Assembly (NCBI GenBank): GCA_050950165.1
Contig: JBMNHC010000001.1
Span: forward strand, 325,724-389,723
Length of the DNA: 64,000 nucleotides
Reading direction: 5' to 3'
Origin: Candidatus Dojkabacteria bacterium
GTDB lineage: Bacteria; Patescibacteriota; Dojkabacteria; SC72
The stretch's first letter is position 1; every line of letters begins with the position of its first letter. Of this stretch, positions 28,598 to 38,137 are shown piece by piece. The notes below the pieces were generated by a model. That model was given only the letters and a program-made list of their open reading frames with translations, was not told the DNA's origin and did not search any database. The position numbers were made by a program, and so were the translations under genes.

Positions 28598-28960
28598 ATG
28601 AAAAATACCTTAGCAAAAATATCAAGTGGAGTAGTTGTAGCTTATGTAGCTTTTTCTGGTTTTATAGTAAAAGCTTTTGCTCAGAAGAAAGCATCTGAAT
28701 GGTTAAATATGGGTATTGATGGAGTTGATAAGGAGTTGGATAGTTGGATTGTAACTATGCTTAACTGGGGTATTGGTTTAGCAGCATTAGTTGCAGTAGT
28801 TATGTTAATTGCAGCTGGATATCTATATATCACTGCAAGTGGTGAAGAGGCTAAGATAGAGAAAGCAACAAAGACATTAACATTTGCAATTATAGGTTTA
28901 GTTGTGTGTTTCATTGCAGTAATGTTAGTGCAGTTTGTAGTTAATAATGTGTTAAAGTAA
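28598..28960 (+). CDS. VirB2/TrbC-like two-helix pilin paralog 3 (cleavable signal peptide)
   Basis: Signal ...VKAFA|QKK, then LAALVAVVMLIAAGYLYITASGEEAKIEKATKTLTFAIIGLVVCFIAVMLV. Confidence 0.5.
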   Translation: MKNTLAKISSGVVVAYVAFSGFIVKAFAQKKASEWLNMGIDGVDKELDSWIVTMLNWGIGLAALVAVVMLIAAGYLYITASGEEAKIEKATKTLTFAIIGLVVCFIAVMLVQFVVNNVLK

Positions 28961-29007
28961 ATTGAAGGGATTGAACTAGGGCCCCAAGAGGGCCCTTTTT
29001 TATTACT

Positions 29008-29277
29008 ATGGATCTAAGTGGAATATATACAGTTAGTAGCTATGAGAATCTCTCTGCTTTTGTAATAGGGATGGTTAATTGGTTTATTAATTTTGCAGTA
29101 GTATTAACTATAATTATGATAATTGTTGCAGGTTTTCAATATATGACCTCTATGGGAGATGAGAAAAAGATATCTGCTGCAAACAGGTCTCTAATATTTT
29201 CTCTGATAGGTATGATACTGGTATTCTTAGCACCATCTGTTATACAATTTGTAATAGATAACTTTTTAAGTAAGTAA
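29008..29277 (+). CDS. VirB2/TrbC-like two-helix pilin paralog 4
   Basis: AVVLTIIMIIVAGFQYMTSMGDEKKISAANRSLIFSLIGMILVFLAPSVI. Confidence 0.45.
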   Translation: MDLSGIYTVSSYENLSAFVIGMVNWFINFAVVLTIIMIIVAGFQYMTSMGDEKKISAANRSLIFSLIGMILVFLAPSVIQFVIDNFLSK

Positions 29278-29278
29278 G

Positions 29279-29596
29279 TTGGTAGGAAATATTGTATTAC
29301 TGATTAGTAAAGTTCTTGCTTCACCAGTATACGCTCAACGTGGAGAGAGTCGACCTCCAGAGATTGGAGACATATTTGGTCCCATTGAAAATCTTTTTGG
29401 ATATATATTTCCAGTAGGAGCCATAATTGCTGTAGGTATGATAATCTACGGTGGATATATGTGGATTATCTCAGGTGGAGATCCTGCAAAGAAGCAACTA
29501 GCACAAGGAACCCTTACATGGGCATTACTTGGTTTAATATTCCTTTTTATCATTAAGGCTGTTTTAACAGTAGTTCTTAATGCTATAGAAGGGTAG
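29279..29596 (+). CDS. VirB2/TrbC-like two-helix pilin paralog 5 (signal peptide ...SPVYA|QRGE)
   Basis: VGAIIAVGMIIYGGYMWIISGGDPAKKQLAQGTLTWALLGLIFLFIIKAVL. Confidence 0.5.
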   Translation: MVGNIVLLISKVLASPVYAQRGESRPPEIGDIFGPIENLFGYIFPVGAIIAVGMIIYGGYMWIISGGDPAKKQLAQGTLTWALLGLIFLFIIKAVLTVVLNAIEG

Positions 29597-29632
29597 CTTG
29601 GCGTTTTCTCTACACATGCTATAATTTATCCA

Positions 29633-31465
29633 ATGTCTAGCCGTAAAGCTGCTCAACAATTTATACTCCTCTTAATATTCTTCTCTCTCTTGCTCTTTAG
29701 GGGTGTATTCCCTGTATATTCTAATACGATAGAGCAATTAGAAAGTGAAATAAACAAGAAAAACGAAGAACTAAATAGAAATAGAACAGTTCTTTCTGAG
29801 ATAGAGAAGAGGATAAAAGAGATCAATAACAGTAAATATCCATTAGTAGAGAAGGTTAATCTTTTGAATAAAGAGATTAGTAAATTACAAGAGGCTATCG
29901 ATTTAAAGAGTGCTGAAATAGAACAGAAGTTAGAACTAATTTCAGAGAAAGAAGAACTTCTTAGTAAAAAGAAAGAGCTCTTTGATATGGTATCTACCAA
30001 GCTATATATGGAATCCAGATATACTAATGTTCATATATTTTTCTCTTTTGAGAATTTAGAGAATCTTTTACAGAACCTTTTTGTAAAGAAGACAGCGATA
30101 GGGATACTGAAAGAAGATATTGAGAAAATCAATTGGGAATTTACATCTCTAAATCAAATGAAGCGGGAATTAGAGCAGGAGAAAGTACAACTAGATACCC
30201 AGAAGAAAGATTTAGATGATTCATATGCTTTAGTACTAAAGGAGAAGAACAAGTTGCAAAAAGAACTTAATGCTCAGGTAGCAGCTAAGAAGAGTGTAAC
30301 AAGGAGAATAAATGGACTTAGTGCAACACTCTCTGATTTGCAGTACCAACTTTTAATTTCAAGACAGGGAGGAACATATGTAAATATTAATTCTGTTCCT
30401 GCTTCTGGAGATTACAATTCTACATTAGCTGGTTTTAATGCTAATGCTCCTAGTGGGACATTTGCTGTCTTTTCAATCGGTGCGTATACACATAGAAACG
30501 GAATGAGTCAGTGGGGAGCTAGAGCTAGAGCTGATGCAGGTCAAAATTACCAACAGATTCTCTCTGCATACTATCCTGGAACTACTCTTGCTAACGGTAC
30601 TATGAATAATATAACTGTTAAATTTTGTGACAAGTGGGTCTCTGGTAAAACTTGTAGTCAATGTGCTGTTGCAATAAGGAGTGCTACCTATAATTTTGAA
30701 TATGACTATCTATATCGCTTAGGAGAGATGCCTGAGTATTTTCCGACGGAAGCCTTAAAGGCTCAAGCGATATCTGCAAGAACATACGCTTTGAATGCGA
30801 CTAACTATGGAAAAAACAGTATTTGGGGAGATGAGTGTGGTCAGGTTATCGCTGGTCAAAAACTGGGAACTTGGAAGACCGCAGTTGATGCAACAAGAGG
30901 GGTAGTAATGAATAAAAATGGAAGAGTTTTTTCTTCTCAATATGCAGCAGTGCACGGTGGATGGGGTAATCAGATTGGCTGGGACACTACAGATGGAACA
31001 GGTAATGGTGACTGGATGAGTAGAGCGTGGGATAGAATATCAAATGTCTCTTGGTTTTATAAAATATGGTATAGAAAAACATATAGTGAGAGTAGCTCTA
31101 CTTGTGGTAGAAACCCCTGGTTAACACAAGCAGAGATGGCAGATCTGATAAATATATATCAGATATGGAAAGCTAGTGGCGGAAATGACCCTAGAATATA
31201 TCCCGTTATTGATGCTTGTCATACTAACAAAGGGCAGTATACACATGCAGAAGCTAAATCTCTTGCAACTAAGCCAGTTAGTTCTGTATCTTCGGTAGCA
31301 GTTTCGAATAGTAATGGTTCTAGTGGAACTGTAATATTTGGTACTAATGCAGGAGTTATCTCTATGAGTGCTAATGAGTTTAAAACAATTTACAACTTAC
31401 GAGCTCCTGGACATTTAAGAATTCCTCAGAGTGGGTTTGTTCATATTAATATTCACAAGAAGTAA
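29633..31465 (+). CDS. Secreted coiled-coil protein with a C-terminal SpoIID/LytB-type peptidoglycan-hydrolase domain
   Basis: Signal peptide, about 250 aa of heptad-rich coiled coil, then HRNGMSQWGARARADAGQNYQQILSAYYPGT and ...AQAISARTYAL, which are SpoIID/LytB signatures. Confidence 0.6.
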   Translation: MSSRKAAQQFILLLIFFSLLLFRGVFPVYSNTIEQLESEINKKNEELNRNRTVLSEIEKRIKEINNSKYPLVEKVNLLNKEISKLQEAIDLKSAEIEQKLELISEKEELLSKKKELFDMVSTKLYMESRYTNVHIFFSFENLENLLQNLFVKKTAIGILKEDIEKINWEFTSLNQMKRELEQEKVQLDTQKKDLDDSYALVLKEKNKLQKELNAQVAAKKSVTRRINGLSATLSDLQYQLLISRQGGTYVNINSVPASGDYNSTLAGFNANAPSGTFAVFSIGAYTHRNGMSQWGARARADAGQNYQQILSAYYPGTTLANGTMNNITVKFCDKWVSGKTCSQCAVAIRSATYNFEYDYLYRLGEMPEYFPTEALKAQAISARTYALNATNYGKNSIWGDECGQVIAGQKLGTWKTAVDATRGVVMNKNGRVFSSQYAAVHGGWGNQIGWDTTDGTGNGDWMSRAWDRISNVSWFYKIWYRKTYSESSSTCGRNPWLTQAEMADLINIYQIWKASGGNDPRIYPVIDACHTNKGQYTHAEAKSLATKPVSSVSSVAVSNSNGSSGTVIFGTNAGVISMSANEFKTIYNLRAPGHLRIPQSGFVHINIHKK

Positions 31466-31506
31466 ATAGTTTGTTAAAGAGTCTTTTTTTATGATATCCT
31501 TATCAT

Positions 31507-32139
31507 ATGATAGAAGAGAGTAAAAGAGTACCTAGAAAATTTCGTAAATCAAACAAGACATTCGTACAAAGAGTTTTCCACGAACAAGAAGATAAGCATA
31601 CATTAGGGTTCTTAGCATTCCCTAAAAGAGTAAGTTTCTTTGGTAAAGATAGCGATGAAGATATTGTATTCATTGCTAGAAAACATTGGATAGCGTATGT
31701 ACCAGATCTCCTCTTTATCCTTCTCGTTCTTTTACTACCGCTTCTCCTGTTTTTGCTTTCTACAAACTTTGCACTAAAGACATCTCCAGCATTGCACTTA
31801 GGAGTTCTATTGCTTAGTGTAGGTGTTGCGTGGACACTAGCAACCACAACTCTTCTGAAATGGTATTACACTGTACATATAGTGACAGATCAAAGAATTA
31901 TAATCATCCAGATGAACAGTGCACTTTACCACTCGTACTCTGAAGCTCAGCTAGAAAAAATAGAGGATATTAATCATAGGCATGTTGGTTTCCTTGGTAC
32001 CTTTTTTGATGTAGGTAATTTAGATGTTGATACTGCAGGACACGGTGTAGATTTCACACTTAATATGCTTCCTAGACCAAGAGAGATACAAGATATATTA
32101 AATGACTTGCTTGAAATGAAGCAGAAAGGAGAGATTTAA
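31507..32139 (+). CDS. Membrane protein with a bacterial PH (bPH_2/YdbT-like) domain
   Basis: Two TM segments (LLFILLVLLLPLLLFLL...) followed by YYTVHIVTDQRIIIIQ, which is the bPH_2 core. Confidence 0.5.
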   Translation: MIEESKRVPRKFRKSNKTFVQRVFHEQEDKHTLGFLAFPKRVSFFGKDSDEDIVFIARKHWIAYVPDLLFILLVLLLPLLLFLLSTNFALKTSPALHLGVLLLSVGVAWTLATTTLLKWYYTVHIVTDQRIIIIQMNSALYHSYSEAQLEKIEDINHRHVGFLGTFFDVGNLDVDTAGHGVDFTLNMLPRPREIQDILNDLLEMKQKGEI

Positions 32140-32140
32140 T

Positions 32141-32398
32141 ATGAAAGATATTACAAAACAAATCTTTGACGAAAGTTTTAAAGTAGATGTTAATTTTGTA
32201 GACTTACTTAAAATACCTCTAGTTATACTGTTCTTAGGCAATATCTTTTACTCCCTGATGCTCTCTTTGAAGATTAAAATATTAATAGATACAGTGGAAG
32301 CAGAGGGAAACTCAAAAATTAAGAAACTGGTATATCTTAATCTCATTCTATCCATATTTATTGGTATTGTAGGTACCTTTATCATTATTTTAAGCTAA
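32141..32398 (+). CDS. Small 2-TM membrane protein (85 aa)
   Basis: ORF plus hydrophobicity only. Confidence 0.3.
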   Translation: MKDITKQIFDESFKVDVNFVDLLKIPLVILFLGNIFYSLMLSLKIKILIDTVEAEGNSKIKKLVYLNLILSIFIGIVGTFIIILS

Positions 32399-32403
32399 AG
32401 AAT

Positions 32404-34650
32404 ATGTCTCTATCTGCTTTACAGTATTTAAACAACTCTAATGAGAATAAATCTTTTATCGGAGTATTCCATTACACAAGACCTGTTAGAAGTAAACATG
32501 AAGAGTCTGTAGAGATCTACGGCTTACTCTCTATTAATAGCCCTATCGATATACCTGGACAAAACATTGCTAAATTTGCTTGGGACGGCCTAGTAGATGG
32601 TTTTGAATATTCGAATGAAGATTCCATGAATGGAGCTTTAAAAAGTGGATTAAAAGAGTCTACAAGGAGAGTAAAACAGTTAATTGTAAATGATAAAGAG
32701 ATCTCTATCCATGGAGTAGATATACATTTCTGTGTGTTTGTATCTACACCTGCAGGTCTCTATGTAGGCTCTATCGGAGAATCAGATATATATGTGTACA
32801 AGAAAGACAAAATTGTAGATATTTCTGAGATGTTAAAGAAGAATAACGCTAATACGGCAGGTTTGGCTTTGGAAGAGGGAGATCTACTTTTCTGTTCAAC
32901 AGAGTCTTTTCTTAAAAAGAATATGGAGAAATTAATAGGACTTAAGAGCAAAGAAGAGATATTAAAGACCTTAGATGATGTAGCTCATCTTCTCTCTGCA
33001 GGAGAAGGACTGTTAATCTTTGCTAAAGGAGAAGAGGAGATAGAGGAAGAAAATATCGTAGTAGAAGAGGTTGTAGTATCTGTTGAGGAGGAGATAGTGC
33101 CAGAAGCAGAAGTGGGTATTTTGGAACCTCCTAAGGAGAGAGATTTAAAGAGTGTTCTCTCATCTTTCTTTTCTAAAGTTTCTAAACCGTTTACTAAAAT
33201 TAAGCTCCCCAAATTGAAATTTAAAGAGTTCTTTAACAAGGTATTTACCTTTGTTAAACAGAAAACATCTCTGCTTTTTACTAAGGTAGGGGAAGGACTA
33301 AAGAAGAACAAACAGTTTAAAAAGATATTTGCAAAGATATCTCAATCTAAGCCTAATGTTGGTAAAAAAGAAGAGTTTAAAGGCTTTACAGTAGATGGAT
33401 ACAAAGTTAGAAGCAAGAAGGTAGAGAGGTTTAGAATAGCGATACTTGTTTTAGTAGGTATTGTATTACTTGTAGGTGGAGTTAAGTTTACCATAGATCA
33501 GAAAGAAGCAAGAGCAATTAGTAATGAGGCAAATAGAATCTTTACAATGGTTGGAGATCTTCTGTCTAAAGCAGAAGAGAAGAGTAGAACAGATGCTACA
33601 GGAGCAGGAACATTTCTTCTTCGTGCAGAAAATGAACTAGAGAAAGTTCCTGTGGGATTAAGTAAGAAGGATGAGGCTAAACGAGATAATTTAGAAGGTA
33701 AGGTTCTGGGTATTCAAGACACACTTTACAAAAGGGTAGGGGTAGATGAATCTAGTGGATCGATAGAGTCATTCTTAACAACAAGACTTGCCTTTGGAGA
33801 GGGTTCTAAACCAACAGATATTGTAATATATCAGGATGACAACAACAACGAATATCTACTTGTTGTTGACTCAGGTCTTAAAGGTGTTTTTAGAGTCTCC
33901 CTTTATGACAAAGAAGTAAAGAAACTTCCTGATACAGAAAAAATATTGCAAGATCCTCGTATGATATATGTTGGTAAGTCTGGTATTTTCGTATTAGATT
34001 ACAAAGTTGGTGTTGTTAGAGCAAAGTATACTTCAGATGGTTGGTTTGAAAACTTTACTAAGTTAACAGGTCTTAGTATTGATAATATTGGTGCTGGTGA
34101 TATCTCAGAGTTTGCTGTTTTAACATCAACAGACAATGTATATGTATTAGATAGATCAACTTCGTCTTTACTTAAATCTACTAATGTTGGTTCTGGATAT
34201 GGGCTTTCTCACGCATATTTGAAAAATGATGCATTTAAAGAAGCAAATGATATTTTAGCAGATTTAAGTATATATATATTAACTTCTGGTGAGAACGGTT
34301 TACACAGATATGTCTACAGCTATTTCGAACAGAAACAGGTTCCTGCTCCACTAGAAGTTTTAGGTTTAGAAGGGAATTTTAAAAACCTAGCTTACGGATA
34401 TACTAGGAAGGAACTTACTTTTGACCTCTATCTTTTTGATGATCAGGATAGGAGAGTAATGCGTTTTGAAAAGCCTATCGAGGGAGGAGGTGAGATTAGA
34501 CATCCTAATCAGATTGTACTTATTAACCAATATCTTTACAGAGGTGATAGAGAAGATGTATGGAAAGATGTTAAGGATTTGGCGGTGGATAAGGAACAGA
34601 AATATATATATATTCTGGATGCCTCAGTAGTTTGGAAGGTTAGAATGTAG
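32404..34650 (+). CDS. Large bitopic hypothetical protein (748 aa), central TM
   Basis: TM IAILVLVGIVLLVGGV at about aa 350. The N-terminal about 200 aa weakly resemble a PP2C/SpoIIE-like fold (low confidence). The C-terminal about 400 aa is a beta-rich extracytoplasmic domain. Confidence 0.4.
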   Translation: MSLSALQYLNNSNENKSFIGVFHYTRPVRSKHEESVEIYGLLSINSPIDIPGQNIAKFAWDGLVDGFEYSNEDSMNGALKSGLKESTRRVKQLIVNDKEISIHGVDIHFCVFVSTPAGLYVGSIGESDIYVYKKDKIVDISEMLKKNNANTAGLALEEGDLLFCSTESFLKKNMEKLIGLKSKEEILKTLDDVAHLLSAGEGLLIFAKGEEEIEEENIVVEEVVVSVEEEIVPEAEVGILEPPKERDLKSVLSSFFSKVSKPFTKIKLPKLKFKEFFNKVFTFVKQKTSLLFTKVGEGLKKNKQFKKIFAKISQSKPNVGKKEEFKGFTVDGYKVRSKKVERFRIAILVLVGIVLLVGGVKFTIDQKEARAISNEANRIFTMVGDLLSKAEEKSRTDATGAGTFLLRAENELEKVPVGLSKKDEAKRDNLEGKVLGIQDTLYKRVGVDESSGSIESFLTTRLAFGEGSKPTDIVIYQDDNNNEYLLVVDSGLKGVFRVSLYDKEVKKLPDTEKILQDPRMIYVGKSGIFVLDYKVGVVRAKYTSDGWFENFTKLTGLSIDNIGAGDISEFAVLTSTDNVYVLDRSTSSLLKSTNVGSGYGLSHAYLKNDAFKEANDILADLSIYILTSGENGLHRYVYSYFEQKQVPAPLEVLGLEGNFKNLAYGYTRKELTFDLYLFDDQDRRVMRFEKPIEGGGEIRHPNQIVLINQYLYRGDREDVWKDVKDLAVDKEQKYIYILDASVVWKVRM

Positions 34651-34664
34651 TATTAGTGATATAA

Positions 34665-35114
34665 TTGGGGATGAAAATATCTAACAAGAAAGCATTCTTT
34701 AATTATGAAGTCTTGGAGAGATTCGAGGCTGGCATTGTACTTAGTGGTGCAGAGGTAAAATCGATACGAGATGGTAGGTGTGATTTAAAGAACTCTTTTG
34801 TAAAAATCTTAAACGATGAAGTTTGGTTGTTGAATGCTAGTATAGCAAGATACAAATATGATGGTAGTAGTGATTATGACCCAGAGAGAACAAGAAAGCT
34901 ATTAATCACTAAAAGAGAGAAAGAATATATCCAGAGTAAGATTAAACAAGGGAATTTAACTCTTGTTCCTTTGAGTGTATACACAAAGGGTGATAGAATA
35001 AAAGTTGAATTTGCTCTTGCTAGAGGTAAAAAGGGATATGAGAAGAAGAAAGCAGAGAAAGAGAAGGATTTGGATAGAGATCTACTATACGACAAGAGGG
35101 AATATATGGTATAA
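34665..35114 (+). CDS. smpB: SsrA-binding protein SmpB
   Basis: FFNYEVLERFEAGIVLSGAEVKSIR...LLITKREK...GNLTLVPLSVYTKGDRIKVEFALARGKK is the SmpB signature. Confidence 0.9.
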   Translation: MGMKISNKKAFFNYEVLERFEAGIVLSGAEVKSIRDGRCDLKNSFVKILNDEVWLLNASIARYKYDGSSDYDPERTRKLLITKREKEYIQSKIKQGNLTLVPLSVYTKGDRIKVEFALARGKKGYEKKKAEKEKDLDRDLLYDKREYMV

Positions 35115-35125
35115 TGTTATAGGTT

Positions 35126-35419
35126 ATGGCAGAGATTAAAGATATACAACTTAGGAGAATAGAAAATGTAGAAGGAATTAAGCCTTCTGCTGAACTTACT
35201 TCTGAAATACCTAACGATAGAATCTCTGACAACAACAGTGTTGAGAATATCCCTACAATTCAGAAAACATCCCCTACTAAAGAGCCTTCAGCACAGGAAA
35301 AATCTACCTCTTCAAAGAATTCGCTACCTAATACATCTGCTTCTGTACAAGATGGTGATACATGGTCAAATATTTTGGAATACAAGAGGGAGAATAGGGG
35401 AGCAGATATTCCAAGGTAA
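35126..35419 (+). CDS. Hypothetical low-complexity (S/T/P/E-rich) protein (97 aa)
   Basis: ORF only; predicted disordered. Confidence 0.25.
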   Translation: MAEIKDIQLRRIENVEGIKPSAELTSEIPNDRISDNNSVENIPTIQKTSPTKEPSAQEKSTSSKNSLPNTSASVQDGDTWSNILEYKRENRGADIPR

Positions 35420-35481
35420 TACTCGATTACAGTTTCTAAGTATGGTATTCTTTTATAGAAACTGTTTAAGCTGTCCACTTT

Positions 35482-38001
35482 ATGAAATCATATATATTTA
35501 GTCAAATAGGGCCGGTTCCTTCCAAAAAAGATGAGGAGGTAATAGTTGGTAATTCTACTCAATACCCAAAGGATTCGTATGGAGAGAGTAGTGGCTTTAG
35601 TATAAATATCCCATGGGGATGGATTTTAGGATTGTTGGTATTTTTAGGAATATGTGTTCTTCTTGTTCTAAAAGTAAGAAAGAGACTACTTCAGAGGGAT
35701 AGAGATGATAAAGCTAAGGAGTGGGTACTCTACGAAGTAAGAGTTCCTAGGGGTAATGAGACAGAGATTGGTGTTGCAGAGAAGATGTTTGCTAATCTTG
35801 TTGGTATCGGCGGTAAAGGTAAGGGTATTGCGGAGAAATTTACAGTAAGTAACAATATTAGTTTTGAGATAATGGCAGAACCAGGTGCAATTAGGTTCTT
35901 TGTATATACTCCTCAAAAGTTAGCAGATTTGGTAGAGAAACAGATTCTCGGTTCATACCAAGATGCAGAGGTTAAGAAGGCAGATGATTATAATATTTTT
36001 AATAAGGATTCTAAAGTCGTATTTGCTAGACTAAAATTAGATGATGAACCGTACTGTCCAATTAAAGTCTTTGAAGATTTTACTGGTGACCCTCTTGCAA
36101 ATGTTTTAAGTACCCTAAGTAAGATGTCTGAAGGAGAGGGAGCTATGATTCAGATCTTAGTCTCTCCTACGGATAATAAATGGCAGAAAAATGGAGCTAG
36201 TTTTGTTAAAAAGGTAGAGAACAACAACAGTGATCCTGAGAAGAAAAAGATGAATGTTAGTCAGGAGAAGCTACAAGGTATTAGTAAGAAGGTTGCAAAG
36301 AATGGTTTTAATGTAGATATTAGAATTGTTACATCTGCATCAAATGAATCTTTAGCAAAGATGCATTTGGATAATATAATTGGAGCTTTTGATCAATTTA
36401 GTAATCCTGGGATAAATAGGTTTAAGAAAGTAGATATAAAGGGGAAAGCTAAAGAGAGAGAGTTTATGTTTGATGTAATATACAGACGAAGTATATTGGA
36501 GGGAGGTGCAACATTGAATGTAGAAGAGCTTGCTACCATATATCATTTTCCTAACAAAGATATTACTACTCCAAATATTAACTGGTTGTTGGCAAGAGAA
36601 GTGTTGGCGGATAATAGTATTAGTTCGGATATTAATTCTAAGGATACAGTATGGGTAGGTAATAACATATTTAGAGATAAAGTAAAGGCTATATGTTTTA
36701 GAAGAGATGATAGAAGAAGGCATACCTACATATTAGGTCAAACTGGTACTGGTAAGTCTTGGTTGCTTGTCAGAATGATAGTTCAGGATATATACAATGG
36801 TGATGGTGTCTGTTTTATAGATCCACACGGGCAAACGGCAGAGATGGTTTTAGAGCGTATTCCTCCTGAGAGAGTAGAGGATGTTATATATTTTAATGCT
36901 GCAGATTTTGAAAGACCTTTCGGTTTAAACATTATGGAGTACTACAATGAGCAGCATATGCATCAGATAGTTAATAGCTTCATAGGGTTATTGATTCGTC
37001 TTTTTGACCCTCATAATCAAGGTTATGTTGGGCCTATGATGCAACAGGCTGTTAGAAATGCAATGTTAACAGCTATGAGTGAGAAAGGCTCTACATTGAT
37101 AGAGGTAGTTAGAATATTGCAAGATGAGAAATGGGTTCAGGAGAAATGGTTACCACTAATTAAGGATGAGTTAGTACGCAGGTATTGGGTAGACCAGGTT
37201 GCTAAAACAGATCAAAAGACAAAATCAGAGAGTTTAGGCTACTTCATTTCCAAATTTGATAAGTTTACAACTAACTTAGCTATTAGAAATATAATAGGGC
37301 AATCTGAGTCATCATTCGATTTTAGAGAAATTATGGACCAAGGTAAAATATTAGTAGTCAATCTTGCTAAAGGTTTGCTTGGTGAAGAGAATATGTCTTT
37401 TTTGGGATTACTTTTAGTACAGAAGATATTGGCTGCAGCTCTAAGTAGAGAGAATATTCCTGAGGATCAAAGAAGAGACTTCTTCTTCTATGCTGATGAG
37501 TTTCAAAACTTTGCAACAGACGAGTTTATGTCAATACTTTCTGAAGCAAGAAAGTATAAATTAAACCTAACTCTTGCTCATCAATATATTGGTCAATTAC
37601 CAGAAAATATTAAGAATGCTGTTTTCGGTAATGTAGGATCTCTTTTTATCGCTAGGTGTGGTACTGAGGATGCAACATTTTTAGAACCACAGTTTGAGTC
37701 ATATGTAACAGCTTCTGACTTAATAAATCAGGCTATGGCTCATTACTATGTAAAGATGTTAAACAAAGGAGTGTATCAGAGTCCATTTTCGTTAAATACA
37801 CTATACGGTCCTAAGTTCCCAGAGAGTGGTTTTGATATGCCAACTAATTCAGAGGTTGCTCGAATTATTAAAGAGATGTCTAGACTTAAGTATGGTAGAG
37901 ATGTAAATATTGTAAATTTGGATATTAACAAACGATCAGAATTAGAGAAGAAAGAAGAACCTGCTACAAATAGTGATGCGTTTCCTCCTTTAGGCATTTA
38001 G
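35482..38001 (+). CDS. Type IV secretion coupling-protein-like ATPase (VirD4/TraD/TrwB family) with an N-terminal TM and extra N-domain
   Basis: RRHTYILGQTGTGKSWLL...CFIDPHGQTAE is the T4CP Walker A/DPKG-type block. FFFYADEFQNF...LTLAHQYIGQLPENIKNAVFGNVGSLFIARCG corresponds to the Walker B/TraG_C region. TM WGWILGLLVFLGICVLLVL. Confidence 0.65.
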   Translation: MKSYIFSQIGPVPSKKDEEVIVGNSTQYPKDSYGESSGFSINIPWGWILGLLVFLGICVLLVLKVRKRLLQRDRDDKAKEWVLYEVRVPRGNETEIGVAEKMFANLVGIGGKGKGIAEKFTVSNNISFEIMAEPGAIRFFVYTPQKLADLVEKQILGSYQDAEVKKADDYNIFNKDSKVVFARLKLDDEPYCPIKVFEDFTGDPLANVLSTLSKMSEGEGAMIQILVSPTDNKWQKNGASFVKKVENNNSDPEKKKMNVSQEKLQGISKKVAKNGFNVDIRIVTSASNESLAKMHLDNIIGAFDQFSNPGINRFKKVDIKGKAKEREFMFDVIYRRSILEGGATLNVEELATIYHFPNKDITTPNINWLLAREVLADNSISSDINSKDTVWVGNNIFRDKVKAICFRRDDRRRHTYILGQTGTGKSWLLVRMIVQDIYNGDGVCFIDPHGQTAEMVLERIPPERVEDVIYFNAADFERPFGLNIMEYYNEQHMHQIVNSFIGLLIRLFDPHNQGYVGPMMQQAVRNAMLTAMSEKGSTLIEVVRILQDEKWVQEKWLPLIKDELVRRYWVDQVAKTDQKTKSESLGYFISKFDKFTTNLAIRNIIGQSESSFDFREIMDQGKILVVNLAKGLLGEENMSFLGLLLVQKILAAALSRENIPEDQRRDFFFYADEFQNFATDEFMSILSEARKYKLNLTLAHQYIGQLPENIKNAVFGNVGSLFIARCGTEDATFLEPQFESYVTASDLINQAMAHYYVKMLNKGVYQSPFSLNTLYGPKFPESGFDMPTNSEVARIIKEMSRLKYGRDVNIVNLDINKRSELEKKEEPATNSDAFPPLGI

Positions 38002-38052
38002 TATATGGGACTGCACAAATCGTCAAGTTTCTGGTAAAATCGCATGTGTTAA

Positions 38053-38126
38053 GGGAGTATAGCTCAGGTGGTTAGAGCGCGGTTCTTATAAAGCCGTGGT
38101 CGATGGTTCAACTCCATCTACTCCCA
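38053..38126 (+). tRNA. tRNA-Ile with unmodified-type UAU anticodon (TAT)
   Basis: GGGAGTA acceptor, D-arm GCTCAGGTGGTTAGAGC, anticodon stem CGGTT/AGCCG with loop CTTATAA, T-arm GATGGTTCAACTCCATC. Confidence 0.7.
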
Positions 38127-38137
38127 CTCTTTATATT

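Noticed and set aside
32404-34650. PP2C/SpoIIE-like phosphatase call for the N-terminal domain of the 748-aa protein
   Set aside because: Only a loose pattern resemblance is visible. The metal-binding Asp motifs (D..GG, DG) are not evident. It is mentioned only as a weak note in the feature evidence.
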